Shown piece after piece: positions 8,572 through 18,085 of a stretch of DNA of 64,000 bases. Source of the DNA: Patescibacteria group bacterium (lineage in GTDB: Bacteria > Patescibacteriota > Minisyncoccia > Phycocordibacterales > UBA1006); assembly GCA_028286885.1 (NCBI GenBank), contig JAQBQS010000007.1, positions 17,645 through 81,644 on the forward strand, written 5' to 3'. How positions within the stretch are numbered: the stretch's first letter is position 1; each line of letters begins with the position of its first letter. The position numbers were made by a program, and so were the translations under genes. The notes beneath the pieces are model-generated. The model saw only the letters and a list, made by a program, of their open reading frames with translations. It was not told the DNA's origin and did no database searches.

Positions 8572-9984
8572 TTACATTCTCGCTTCAATATAATTCGCAA
8601 GCTCTGAAATCGCAACTCGTTCCTGGTTTCCAGTATCGCGATCGCGGACAGTTACCATGTCTTTGAAATCAGGATTGATATTCTCGCCTGATCCGATCGT
8701 ATCGAAGTCCACGACGATGCACCACGGCGTTCCGATCTCGTCCTGACGGCGGTAGCGCTTTCCAACGTTTCCGTTGTCATCGTACATGACGTTTCCGAAT
8801 TTCTTTTTCAAGATTGCATATACTTCGCGAGCCTTCTCTTGAAGTTCGGGACGGTTTTTGAGGAGCGGTGAAACGCATGCCTTCACCGGAGCCAGATGCG
8901 GCGCGAGTTTCAAAACGATTCTCGTTTCCCCATCCATTTCTTCCTCCGTATAAGCATTTGCAAGAACTGCCAAAAACAATCGCCCCATTCCCATCGATGT
9001 TTCAAGAATCCATGGGACGAATTTCTGCCCGTTTTCCTGATCCGAATAGTTCAAATCAGTTCCTGAAAACTTCATGTGCTGGGAAAGATCATAATCGCCT
9101 CGGTCATGGATTCCTTCGATCTCGTCGAACCCCGTCGGGAATTCGTATTCAATGTCCCAGGCATCCTTGGCGTAGAATGCGAGACGGTCGTGCTGCTTCC
9201 ATCGCAACTTGCTCTCGTCGATTCCAAGTGAAAGATACCAGTTCCATCGGTCCTGCTTGATCGCCTCATAGGCTTCCTTGTTTTCGTTAGGACGGATGAA
9301 ATACTGTGTGTCAGCCTGTTCGAATTCTCGCGTTCGGAACAAGAAGTTGCGCGGCGAGATTTCATTGCGGAACGCCTTGCCGATCTGCGCAACGCCGAAT
9401 GGAAACTTGGGCTGCATGGAATCCACGATATTCTTGAAGTTGAGATAGATTCCCTGACAGGCCTCGCCTGGCAAATAAGCCGGGCTTGTTCCCTCGGATG
9501 TGAAATCTCCAAGATTCGACGTCACGAGCAAGTTGAACATTTTCACCGGACCGAAATTCATCTTGCCGCATTTTGGACATGCAATCTTGTCGCGGTTCGC
9601 ATCAAACAGCGCCGCGAGTTCGCTCTCGGACATTTTCTCGTCAGCAGTGACGCCGATCTTTTCAAGTTCCTTGTCGACGCGGATGCGCGTATTGCACTCC
9701 TTGCATTCTGCAAGCGGATCCGAAAATCCTCCGACGTGACCGCTGGCTTCCCACACTTTCGGATTCTTGAACATGGCCGAATCGATTCCGAAATAATTTT
9801 CTTTATCTGAAACATTCGCCTTCCACCATGCCTGCTTGAGGTTATTCAAAAGCTCGACGCCACGTGGACCGAAATCGTATACTCCCGCAAATCCGCCGTA
9901 AATTTCCGAACCGGGAAAGACGAAACCCTTGCGCTTCGCAAGAGAGACAATTTTTTCCATCAGGTCCGTTTTTTGTTCTGCCAT
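8572..9984 (-). CDS. glyQS: Glycyl-tRNA synthetase, alpha2 dimeric (eukaryote/archaeal-like) type
   Basis: Class II aaRS motifs and GlyRS-specific insertion pattern. Start moved to the internal MAEQKTDL (ATG at 9982-9984), since the track's N-terminal extension looks non-coding. Confidence 0.85.
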   Translation of the reverse strand: MAEQKTDLMEKIVSLAKRKGFVFPGSEIYGGFAGVYDFGPRGVELLNNLKQAWWKANVSDKENYFGIDSAMFKNPKVWEASGHVGGFSDPLAECKECNTRIRVDKELEKIGVTADEKMSESELAALFDANRDKIACPKCGKMNFGPVKMFNLLVTSNLGDFTSEGTSPAYLPGEACQGIYLNFKNIVDSMQPKFPFGVAQIGKAFRNEISPRNFLFRTREFEQADTQYFIRPNENKEAYEAIKQDRWNWYLSLGIDESKLRWKQHDRLAFYAKDAWDIEYEFPTGFDEIEGIHDRGDYDLSQHMKFSGTDLNYSDQENGQKFVPWILETSMGMGRLFLAVLANAYTEEEMDGETRIVLKLAPHLAPVKACVSPLLKNRPELQEKAREVYAILKKKFGNVMYDDNGNVGKRYRRQDEIGTPWCIVVDFDTIGSGENINPDFKDMVTVRDRDTGNQERVAISELANYIEARM

Positions 9985-10149
9985 AGTCCGACCACTGTAC
10001 CATAACCGAACGCTCGAATAAAATTTGACAAGATTAAATATAAATGATAATCTCCATTCAAACAACCGAATATACCAATGATAATTCTATTCTTCATCGA
10101 TCGGTTCACGAAAATTCTTGAACTGAAATTGGGTATCCATGGCAAGCCG

Positions 10150-10422
10150 ATGGATCCAAACGACTGGCGACACAGACGCGAGGTGCGGCTTTACATTCAA
10201 AAGCACCATGGAAAGGAAACGCTCGAAAAATTTCTCGCGCATCATGCAGCCGCTGACAAGCACGAGAAAAAGAAAACGATTCACCGCCTCACCATGTCTG
10301 TTGAGGAAAATATTCAGTATCAAGGTCTCAAAAGACAAGCCTTCCACCATCTCGAAAAGAAAGGCGTTGTCCGGCACACCCGACATGACATCAGAACACG
10401 ATTGCATCCAAAAACGGCCTAA
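10150..10422 (+). CDS. Hypothetical His/Lys-rich small protein (about 90 aa)
   Basis: ORF on the otherwise empty plus strand, followed immediately by a hairpin terminator. It competes with an overlapping minus-strand ORF, so this is uncertain. Confidence 0.3.
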   Translation: MDPNDWRHRREVRLYIQKHHGKETLEKFLAHHAAADKHEKKKTIHRLTMSVEENIQYQGLKRQAFHHLEKKGVVRHTRHDIRTRLHPKTA

Positions 10423-10446
10423 GCCGTTTTTTATTGCATGATTATT
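10421..10446. terminator. Hairpin terminator (aaaacggcctaagccgtttttt)
   Basis: Perfect 7-bp stem with flanking A-run and T-run; bidirectional between the 10150-10422 ORF and the 10453-12357 gene. Confidence 0.5.
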
Positions 10447-10452
10447 TAATTC

Positions 10453-12357
10453 TTACTGTACCTTTCCGTCTGCGCCAACCGTCGACGAATCATTCAAGAG
10501 CTGCGTCGTATTTGAGCGATGGTTGATCGTCATGTCGGTTCCCGTAAACGTGTCATGTCCCATGATCGTAATCGGCCCCGTCAGATCCGCAATGCTTCCC
10601 GACTGCTGGGACGACGGCGTGATGCCGACCTTCATTGAAATAGTTTTTGTCGCGGCAGCCGTACCCGTTCCGGCAGGAACATCACCGACGTTCCACTGGA
10701 GTGTTTTAGTAACAGAGTTGTACGTGACGTTTGCACGCTCGCTCGCGGGAAGCTCCACATCCTTCCACGTAACATTAGTCGGAAGCGTTGTCGTTACCGT
10801 TACGCCCGTCACGCGGTTGCGGAAGTTCGTGATCTGCCAGACCAGCGTATACGTCGTTTCCTTGTTCGGCTGAAGCGGCATCGGCCCGGTGTTTGCAATT
10901 CCTCCCGAATAATGAAGCGTACTTGCAAGCAAATTCAAGTCCGAATTGATAAGAATTGTTTTTTGATCGATATCGGTCGCCGCCTGCTTGACCCCGCCCG
11001 CACCGTAACCAATGACGCTTGCGGAAATTTTAATCGAGGGATTCGTAACTCCCGTTCCGGCTGAGAACTTCTTGGGAGTGATCGAGAACGAAACTTGGCT
11101 CGTTTGTCCCGGTGCCAAGCTCGCAAGTTCCGGCGTCTGCTGCGCTGTCCAAACAATTTCGTTGGTATCGCTCTTGAAATATCCGCTGCCGGCGCGAACC
11201 AGCGTTGGATCGTATGCCGTACCCGAAAGAGCGACATGAATCTCGGCATTCGTAATCGGAACTGACAGCGTATTTTGAAGCGGCACGAGGACCTGGACCG
11301 CCTCTGCGGGACCAATCGCAACGGTCGGATTTGTCTTTCCATTCACGGAAATCTGGGTGGCAAGGAACGCCTTCGAAAGAGGAATCACTTGCGCAATATC
11401 GTTGTAGACCGTATCGAGCACTGCTTGGTTGTTCGCATTTTGCGCCCCGATGGAAGCCTTGATAGCCTGCGCCGAGTTCAATGCTCCGGAGAATTTTCCG
11501 TACACCGTAATCGTGCGGTTGGCGCCCGGCGGCAAATCCCCAAGGTCCCAAACGTTGTTCTGAAATGAGGGAATCGGATCGGCACGCGTATAGGCAAACT
11601 CGGGCGGATACGAGAGAACCAGCGCCGTGTTCGAGAGCGTAGCCGTCCCATTTCCGACAACGTTAAATCGAAGAGGAATTTCCTGGTTCGGAATCGCGGA
11701 ATCCGGCGCATCAAGCGTGAGGAGTACCGGTGATGTTCGAATTGTCACAGCAAATATCTGATCCGATCCGTAAATGGCATTGGATCCCGAGACATCAAAC
11801 TGCAGATGCGCGGAGAGATTCTCGACGGCATTCTGCTGGCCGTACAATTTGATATTGAACGATTCGTTTCGCGTCTCGCCTACGGCCATGGTTCCGATAT
11901 CTCGAGAGATGGTCGCAACGGCATCCGGATTCTGCGCGTTCCCTTCCGGATACTGGAGCGTTAGCGTCGCAAGTTCGAGCGGAAGCTTGTTCTTGTTCAC
12001 GATCGTCACGTCGACCGGCAGGCTTTCTCCTCCGTCGACGAAGGTCTTGGCCGTGATGGTAATCTCGACGTTTTTCGACGAGATCGTATTGCCTCCCGTC
12101 AGGAAACTGAACGCGAAAATAGCGATCGCAATGACAAGGACGCCGAGCGAGCCGAAGAATATTTTCTTGAATGCGGATGACGGCGGTTTCAATTTTGCGG
12201 CCTGAACCGGACCGTTCATTGCCGCAGGATCGCTCCAAGAATCCGGCGCATCGACTTTTTTCGCGCGCAAAACCCGCCGTGCGTTCGGCAGCATCCCGTC
12301 GCCCGTATAGAGTCCGCTGTTTAGCTTTCGCAAGTGAGAATCATCATCCGTAATCAT
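10453..12357 (-). CDS. Large membrane-anchored surface protein (634 aa): cytoplasmic N-terminus, single TM, Thr/Asn/Ser-rich extracellular repeat domains
   Basis: One hydrophobic helix (FFGSLGVLVIAIAIFAFSFL) followed by about 560 aa of beta-rich low-complexity sequence with repeated ~100-aa modules of DUF11/Ig-like character. Confidence 0.7.
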   Translation of the reverse strand: MITDDDSHLRKLNSGLYTGDGMLPNARRVLRAKKVDAPDSWSDPAAMNGPVQAAKLKPPSSAFKKIFFGSLGVLVIAIAIFAFSFLTGGNTISSKNVEITITAKTFVDGGESLPVDVTIVNKNKLPLELATLTLQYPEGNAQNPDAVATISRDIGTMAVGETRNESFNIKLYGQQNAVENLSAHLQFDVSGSNAIYGSDQIFAVTIRTSPVLLTLDAPDSAIPNQEIPLRFNVVGNGTATLSNTALVLSYPPEFAYTRADPIPSFQNNVWDLGDLPPGANRTITVYGKFSGALNSAQAIKASIGAQNANNQAVLDTVYNDIAQVIPLSKAFLATQISVNGKTNPTVAIGPAEAVQVLVPLQNTLSVPITNAEIHVALSGTAYDPTLVRAGSGYFKSDTNEIVWTAQQTPELASLAPGQTSQVSFSITPKKFSAGTGVTNPSIKISASVIGYGAGGVKQAATDIDQKTILINSDLNLLASTLHYSGGIANTGPMPLQPNKETTYTLVWQITNFRNRVTGVTVTTTLPTNVTWKDVELPASERANVTYNSVTKTLQWNVGDVPAGTGTAAATKTISMKVGITPSSQQSGSIADLTGPITIMGHDTFTGTDMTINHRSNTTQLLNDSSTVGADGKVQ

Positions 12358-12405
12358 ATTAATGAGTATACCACTTCTACAAATGTCCGCTTGTGAATAA
12401 AAAGT

Positions 12406-12969
12406 TTAGACGATCTGCGTCGCTTCGATCGATTCGTTTATCTTTGCGACCAATTCCTTTTTATTCTCGTTCATATTTTTCAAGATTGTTTCGTCTGGAA
12501 TCTCGGCAACGGACTCGCCGCTCCAATAGCCGAGCTTTTGGAGAACATGAATCACAAGAAACAGTTCAAGGCCGGCACTGTCTCCTTGATATGTGTCGAC
12601 CCAGTTCATAATTCCCGCAAAAAAATCAAACAGCTCGGGATGCGCTTCCTCTCCTCGAATCAAATGCTCGGCAAGACCGATTGCGCGATGCCAAGCATGC
12701 AGCACGAAATTGTCGCCGAAGACGCGATGAGTTGCGACTTGATGAATTCCGGTCAACCTCCAGATTGTCTTTCCGTGCACGACATCGATCACGACGTGGT
12801 TGTACCGCGACAATTGCATGCGCATCTTCGATTCGATTTTCCGAGCAGCCTGCGCGCGCGCCGTGATTTTCCCAAGGTCGCGCGTCAAAAAAACCACGTC
12901 GCGGTTCGCCTCGCCATTTGGAATGACGCGCATGATGATGGCTTCGGTTTTATAAATGCTATAGGACAT
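12406..12969 (-). CDS. recO: DNA repair protein RecO (short form)
   Basis: N-terminal OB-fold pattern (MRVIPNGEANRDVVFLTRDLGKI) and overall length and order consistent with RecO. C-terminal zinc motif not obvious. Confidence 0.55.
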   Translation of the reverse strand: MSYSIYKTEAIIMRVIPNGEANRDVVFLTRDLGKITARAQAARKIESKMRMQLSRYNHVVIDVVHGKTIWRLTGIHQVATHRVFGDNFVLHAWHRAIGLAEHLIRGEEAHPELFDFFAGIMNWVDTYQGDSAGLELFLVIHVLQKLGYWSGESVAEIPDETILKNMNENKKELVAKINESIEATQIV

Positions 12970-13036
12970 GTTTTCCTATTGTAACAGAATGCCTCTTAAT
13001 CCAAATTAAATCCCCGCGAACGAGGATTTAACAAGA

Positions 13037-13519
13037 TTACTGCGCCACGCCCGGACCCATCGGCATCGTCGTGGCATTGGTTTTGAGCCATTCGACAATC
13101 TTGAAGTACGCATTTACCTCAGGATTGTCGCCGACGAGGCAGACGCTTGTCGTTGCCTTCTTCTTGTCGATATTCGGAATGCATTTGATCAGATGAACTG
13201 ATGCAATGAGCGAATTGGGAAAATCAAACGAAACGTAATAATTCGGCGGAACGGTAGAATCCGATGTGACGAAATTAAAGGTCTTCCCTTGGACAGTCAT
13301 CGGACCATGCTGCCAACCTTTCGGATACGGCGTATTATTAACAGGGTCCTTGGACCAATTTTTTGTCGCCGAGATGGCAGCAGAAATCTGATCAGTCGAG
13401 GGCAGCTTGATAATATTCTGATACTGGACAAGCGGGTTCTGCGCGTTTGCGTGCGTCTTGAAATAAAAATATCCGCCTGCGACCAGGATAATGACGATGA
13501 TGAGTCCGATGATTTTCAT
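13037..13519 (-). CDS. Secreted/anchored hypothetical protein (160 aa)
   Basis: N-terminal signal-anchor (MKIIGLIIVIILVAGGYFYF) and a beta-rich mature region. Confidence 0.55.
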   Translation of the reverse strand: MKIIGLIIVIILVAGGYFYFKTHANAQNPLVQYQNIIKLPSTDQISAAISATKNWSKDPVNNTPYPKGWQHGPMTVQGKTFNFVTSDSTVPPNYYVSFDFPNSLIASVHLIKCIPNIDKKKATTSVCLVGDNPEVNAYFKIVEWLKTNATTMPMGPGVAQ

Positions 13520-13537
13520 GCAATTATTCTAACACAA

Positions 13538-13572
13538 AAAAAGCGGCGGCAAGCTTCGCTTGCCGCCGCTTT
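13538..13572 (-). terminator. Rho-independent terminator after ileS (agcggcggcaagc-ttcg-cttgccgccgct + T-run)
   Basis: 13-bp GC stem with a T-run on the minus strand, directly 3' of the ileS stop. Confidence 0.6.
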
Positions 13573-13580
13573 TTCCTTTT

Positions 13581-16500
13581 CTATTTCCGGAGCTCAAACT
13601 GAAACACGGCTCCCTCCTCGCCAATGACGTTGGCAGGAACGATGCTCTCGCCTTCCTTGGCAACCGGTTCGCCGATAAACAAATCGGCAAGGCCTGTCTT
13701 CTTGATAATCTCATCCTTGTACTTTTTGGACAGATTTTCTCCGGCTTCGCTTGTCGAGAGAATCAGCGTCGGCCGATCTTCCGGCACGAGCCCGTTCTCC
13801 TTGCGGCGCTCCTGAACCCTACGCATGAACTCGCGAACGATTCCCTCTTCTTTCAAGTCCTCATTGATGTTCGTATCAAGAACGACACCTTCGTTTAGAT
13901 TTTCATCAAAGACGATTTCCTTGACGTTCAGCTCGTCGCGCAGAATGTCGAGGAACGATTTGCTCGTTTCGAGTTCCGAACCGATATACGTTCGAGAAAC
14001 GCTCATTGATGCGAGCGGCTGGCGCACTTTGATATTCGCCTTCGCACGAGCCTCCAGTCCGAGTGTTACGAGTTCTCGGACTTGTTCCATCGGCGCGAGC
14101 GTATGTTCGAAACCTACGGCATCGCGAGCCCGGACCGGCCACTGCGCCATATGAACGGATTTCAAATGCTCTTCCTCATGCCAGTTCGTCTTCTGCCAGA
14201 CTTCCTCGGCGATAAATGGCGTAAACGGAGCCATAAGCGCAGACAGATTTTTCAAGATGATGCGCGTCGTGCGAAGCGCTATCCCTCGATCCATCGCATC
14301 GTCGCTCTTGAACCGTTCGCGGCTTCGACGGATATACCACGTCGAGAGTTCTCCGATGAAATCCCGGATCGCCCGCGAAGGCTCCAAGGGCTGATACTGT
14401 TCCAATCCTTCCGTAACTGTTTTCGAAAGTTCGTGGAATTTTGCAAGAATCCACAAATCCAAAACATTCGCATTCTTGGCCGAGTAAGGGTTGTACTCAT
14501 CTCCGCTGAAATCTTGGCTATCCTTGTACATTTCGTAAAACGACACGACGTTGCGGAGCGGATTGAAGACCTTTTTGTTTGCCTCGTCCAATCCCTTCTC
14601 GTCGAAATTCTTCGATTCCCCCGGCTGGTTGACCGAATAGAACCAGAACCTGACGACGTCGGCTCCGTACTTGTCGAACATCGCCCACGGCTCCACGATG
14701 TTGCCGCGAGACTTGGACATTTTGACGCCCGTCGCGTCGAGAAGCAGTCCCATGCAGATCACGTTTTTGTAAGCTTCCGTCGGAGTATCATGGAGCATAT
14801 TGGCGACTGCGTGCATAGTATAGAACCATCCGCGCGTCTGGTCGACTCCTTCGGCGATGTAATCAGCCGGCAACGGACTAAAGTTTACAGGCTCGCCCAA
14901 CACGTGATGCTGCGCGATCGGCATGCTTCCCGAGTCGAACCATACGTCCATGACTTCTGGCGTTCGATACAATTTTTCTCCGTCAAGTTCGAACTCGACT
15001 TGGTCGATGTAAGGCTTGTGAAAGTCGAGCTCGTAATTTTCGTTGTGCGAAACAGGACTAAATTCAAGCGCACGAACTTCTGCATTGTTAAATGGAAATT
15101 CTTTCGGCTCAAGCTTGAGCAAATCTCCAAATGTAAATCCGTTGCAGACAAGTTCAAGGGCTCTCGCTGTTGAATTATGGCAAGCGATCAAAATAGTCTT
15201 GTTTTGATATTTCGAATCAATGTCGTACATGAATTCGCCGCATCGCTTGATGACTTCGTCGAATGACTCGCCGCCTTCGGCCTTGAATTCGTACCTGTTC
15301 GCAGATGCGTTTCGGATTTCCAAATAAGAATCGAGATTTTTTCCTTGAAATTGCGGCCCGACTTTCCATTCGGCAACACGTTCATCAATAACCATTGATG
15401 TTTCATCATAGCCGATGTGATTTGCAATGATTCCAGCTGTTTCGCGTGCGCGAACAATTGGTGACGCAATAACGAGATCAATAGATTCTTTCTTGAGAAG
15501 TTCAGCTGCTGCTGCAACCTGTTCCTTGCCAAGATCCGACAAATGATTGTCCGGATCACCCGTAAAATCCCAGACCCGATTTACATTGCTTTGTGCCTGG
15601 CCGTGGCGAACAACGAGGTATTTATTCCCTGACTTCTTGGCATATTTTTTCAAGTCATCGATGCCGCTGATGATGACTTTATGTTTTTTATCTCCCGTCT
15701 CCCAAACAGGCAGAGGCGTTCCCCAATAGCGGTCGCGCGAAATCGCCCAGTCCTTGATTCCATCGAGCCACTCGCCGAAGCGGCCTTCCTTGATATGATC
15801 AGGTTCCCAATTTATTTTCTCGTTTGCGTCGAGAAGCTGCTGTCGCAATTTCGACATGTTGAAGTACCACGACGTTCTCGCGTAATAGATCAGAGGAGTA
15901 TCGCATCGCCAGCAGTGCGGATAGCTGTGCGTGTAATTCTCCTTCTTAAACAAGAGTCCGCGCGCAGTAAGGTCGTTGATGATGTCCACTGCGAGCGTCG
16001 GCTTGCCGTTCTCATCGTGTTCTTTTACATATCGTCCTGACAATTTCAAATTCTCCGTATCGCAGCCCTCAATAAATTTCCCTTCTTCGTTTACAAGATG
16101 AAATTTCGGAAGTCCGACTTTTGTTCCAAGTTCGAAGTCATCAGCTCCGTACATCACGGCCGTGTGAACGATTCCCGTTCCGTCTGTCGTCGTCACGAAA
16201 TCCGCCGCGTACACCTTGTACGCGTTCTCTCGTTTTGCATGCTGGTGCTCGGGAAGCAGATCCATCATAAATGGATACAATGATTCGTACTGCAATCCTA
16301 CTAACCATTCACCTTTAGTTGTCGAAACTTTTTCAAGATCTTCTATTTCTTTCTTGGCTTTTTCTTCAAAGGCCTGACTGAAAAGATAGAGTTCGTCTTT
16401 ATGTTTTGAATAGTAAAATGCATACCCGATATTATTACCCACTGCCAATCCAACATTCCCAGGTAAAGTCCAAGGTGTTGTTGTCCATGCAAGTATGAAA

Positions 16501-17288
16501 AAATCTTTTGTAGTTAAAGCATCAACCTTTGTTGTAAAATCTGGATTAGAAGTGTGAGTAATAATCGATCCTCCATTTAAAAAGTCAACAATGTAGGGTT
16601 TATCGGATTTAAAGAATGAAATTTTAGCGCCTGCTTTTACTTTAAATTTAACTGTTACCGAAAGATCCTTCACGTCCTTGTATGCCCCCGGCTGGTTGAG
16701 TTCATGCGATGACAATCCCGTCCCGCATCTTGTACACCAAGGAACCACCTTGAAATCTTTATAGAGATGTCCGCGCTCGTCGGCTCGTTTTACGATTGAC
16801 CACAAAGCTTCGATATACGAGTTCTCGTACGTCACATACGGATTCTTCATGTCGAGCCAGAATCCCATGCGTTCGGTCAATTTCTCCCATTCCTCCTTGT
16901 ACGTCCATACGGATTCCTTGCATTTGCGGTTGAACTCGGCGACACCGTACTGCTCGATTTCTTTTTTCGATTTCAAGCCGAGAGATTTTTCCACCTGAAG
17001 CTCCACAGGCAAGCCGTGCGTGTCCCATCCCGCTTTTCGTTTCACCGAAAATCCGCGCATCGTTTTGTAGCGAGGAATGATGTCTTTGAACGAGCGGGCC
17101 GCAACGTGGTGGATGCCGGGCTTTCCGTTGGCGGTCGGAGGTCCCTCGAAGAAATTGAAGTCTCCCATCGGGGCGTCTTTCTCGACAGCCTTTTCGAAGA
17201 TGTTGTTATCTCGCCAAAACGCGAGGATCTTTTCCTCGTTTTCGGCGTTTGGAGATTTTTGTAGGTTGGGGTTCATAATACTTGACAT
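13581..17288 (-). CDS. ileS: Isoleucyl-tRNA synthetase (type 2 / eukaryote-like) with an approximately 190-aa histidine-phosphatase-like domain inserted
   Basis: HIGH-type motif (PGIHHV), KMSKS, CP1 editing domain and IleRS-specific anticodon-binding region. At 1235 aa it is about 190 aa longer than usual because of an insert between the ...PLPVWETGD and ...HKPYIDQV segments. Confidence 0.9.
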   Translation of the reverse strand: MSSIMNPNLQKSPNAENEEKILAFWRDNNIFEKAVEKDAPMGDFNFFEGPPTANGKPGIHHVAARSFKDIIPRYKTMRGFSVKRKAGWDTHGLPVELQVEKSLGLKSKKEIEQYGVAEFNRKCKESVWTYKEEWEKLTERMGFWLDMKNPYVTYENSYIEALWSIVKRADERGHLYKDFKVVPWCTRCGTGLSSHELNQPGAYKDVKDLSVTVKFKVKAGAKISFFKSDKPYIVDFLNGGSIITHTSNPDFTTKVDALTTKDFFILAWTTTPWTLPGNVGLAVGNNIGYAFYYSKHKDELYLFSQAFEEKAKKEIEDLEKVSTTKGEWLVGLQYESLYPFMMDLLPEHQHAKRENAYKVYAADFVTTTDGTGIVHTAVMYGADDFELGTKVGLPKFHLVNEEGKFIEGCDTENLKLSGRYVKEHDENGKPTLAVDIINDLTARGLLFKKENYTHSYPHCWRCDTPLIYYARTSWYFNMSKLRQQLLDANEKINWEPDHIKEGRFGEWLDGIKDWAISRDRYWGTPLPVWETGDKKHKVIISGIDDLKKYAKKSGNKYLVVRHGQAQSNVNRVWDFTGDPDNHLSDLGKEQVAAAAELLKKESIDLVIASPIVRARETAGIIANHIGYDETSMVIDERVAEWKVGPQFQGKNLDSYLEIRNASANRYEFKAEGGESFDEVIKRCGEFMYDIDSKYQNKTILIACHNSTARALELVCNGFTFGDLLKLEPKEFPFNNAEVRALEFSPVSHNENYELDFHKPYIDQVEFELDGEKLYRTPEVMDVWFDSGSMPIAQHHVLGEPVNFSPLPADYIAEGVDQTRGWFYTMHAVANMLHDTPTEAYKNVICMGLLLDATGVKMSKSRGNIVEPWAMFDKYGADVVRFWFYSVNQPGESKNFDEKGLDEANKKVFNPLRNVVSFYEMYKDSQDFSGDEYNPYSAKNANVLDLWILAKFHELSKTVTEGLEQYQPLEPSRAIRDFIGELSTWYIRRSRERFKSDDAMDRGIALRTTRIILKNLSALMAPFTPFIAEEVWQKTNWHEEEHLKSVHMAQWPVRARDAVGFEHTLAPMEQVRELVTLGLEARAKANIKVRQPLASMSVSRTYIGSELETSKSFLDILRDELNVKEIVFDENLNEGVVLDTNINEDLKEEGIVREFMRRVQERRKENGLVPEDRPTLILSTSEAGENLSKKYKDEIIKKTGLADLFIGEPVAKEGESIVPANVIGEEGAVFQFELRK
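15054..15626 (-). other. Inserted histidine phosphatase (phosphoglycerate-mutase-like) domain within IleRS
   Basis: The insert carries all four canonical motifs of the histidine phosphatase superfamily: LVVRHGQAQSN (RHG), SPIVRARETA, the ERVAEW...QG region, and ACHNSTARAL (second catalytic His). It is in frame with continuous IleRS sequence on both sides. Confidence 0.6.
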
Positions 17289-17333
17289 TACTTAAATAAT
17301 ATAGTAAACTCTTCTTAAACAAAATTAATAGCA

Positions 17334-17522
17334 ATGGAAACAAATACTATTCTCTTGATTATTCTGATCTGCATCGTTTGGATTGGAATAGGCCATAATA
17401 CTTTAGCGTCGAGCTACGTAACAAGGGACACCCTGCTGGGGAATGTCTCCCGCTTAAAGAAAGCTTCTTATGTCTTCCTGTGGCCTCTTGTCACATTAGG
17501 CATGATTCTTCATAAGGCTTAA
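17334..17522 (+). CDS. Small membrane protein (62 aa), hypothetical
   Basis: Track ORF with two hydrophobic segments. Weak support. Confidence 0.3.
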   Translation: METNTILLIILICIVWIGIGHNTLASSYVTRDTLLGNVSRLKKASYVFLWPLVTLGMILHKA

Positions 17523-17772
17523 AATCCGCAAACAAAAACTCATCCGCGAAACACGACTTAACAGTCATGCTTCAAGGACGAGTTTCTTTCTTTGCAAGAA
17601 ATCGTGGTACCACCTTGGTTGCTTCTCGTTACGGCTGTGACGGGCGTGCCCGCCGGGTTCTACTTGGCATATGCCATTCTTCCCGGAGCAAAGGGGTGAT
17701 TAGTCCCTTGTCGCTGTATGGTGAAACAATATCACGGCGTTGACGAGAAGACAAGACGATACTTGGTTTTTC

Positions 17773-17801
17773 TTGCGCCAATTTTTCCAAGTTGCTAGAA
17801 T
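17773..17801 (+). promoter_or_regulatory. Sigma70-like promoter TTGCGC-N17-TAGAAT, near-leaderless for the 17808 ORF
   Basis: The -10 ends about 7 nt before the ATG at 17808. Confidence 0.4.
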
Positions 17802-17807
17802 GTCCCC

Positions 17808-18059
17808 ATGCTCGAAGTCTTCTCAAATTTCATCGAATGGTTCGGAACCATCGCCATCCTCTCCGCATACGGACTTACCCTCTTCCACGTCATCCCCTTC
17901 CAAGGAAAACTGTTCTACATCGCGAACCTCGCAGGCGCGATCGCGCTCGTCATCGGCAGCGCGTTCAAGAGAAACCTCTGGAACAACGTTCTGTTCTATT
18001 TCATCTGGGCGGTCCTGACCGCACTTGTCTTGTTCAATCCGTTCCATTGGCATTTTTAA
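17808..18059 (+). CDS. Small integral membrane protein (83 aa, 3 TM)
   Basis: Three clear hydrophobic helices; followed by a strong bidirectional terminator. Confidence 0.5.
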   Translation: MLEVFSNFIEWFGTIAILSAYGLTLFHVIPFQGKLFYIANLAGAIALVIGSAFKRNLWNNVLFYFIWAVLTALVLFNPFHWHF

Positions 18060-18085
18060 AAAACACCCGCGCGGGTGTTTTTTAC
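18056..18085. terminator. Bidirectional rho-independent terminator (aaaaaacacccgcgcgggtgtttttt)
   Basis: Perfect 9-bp stem flanked by A6 and T6, serving the 17808 ORF (+) and argS (-). Confidence 0.6.

Noticed and set aside
9072-9815. Antisense and alternative-frame ORFs inside glyQS (9072-9512 -, 9362-9580 -, 9500-9739 +, 9558-9815 -)
   Set aside because: They lie within a confidently identified aaRS gene and have Arg/Ser-rich low-complexity translations.
10087-10407. 106-aa minus-strand ORF antisense to the His-rich plus-strand ORF
   Set aside because: The two ORFs overlap completely. I favoured the plus-strand one because it is followed by a hairpin terminator and has the more protein-like composition, but neither call is secure.
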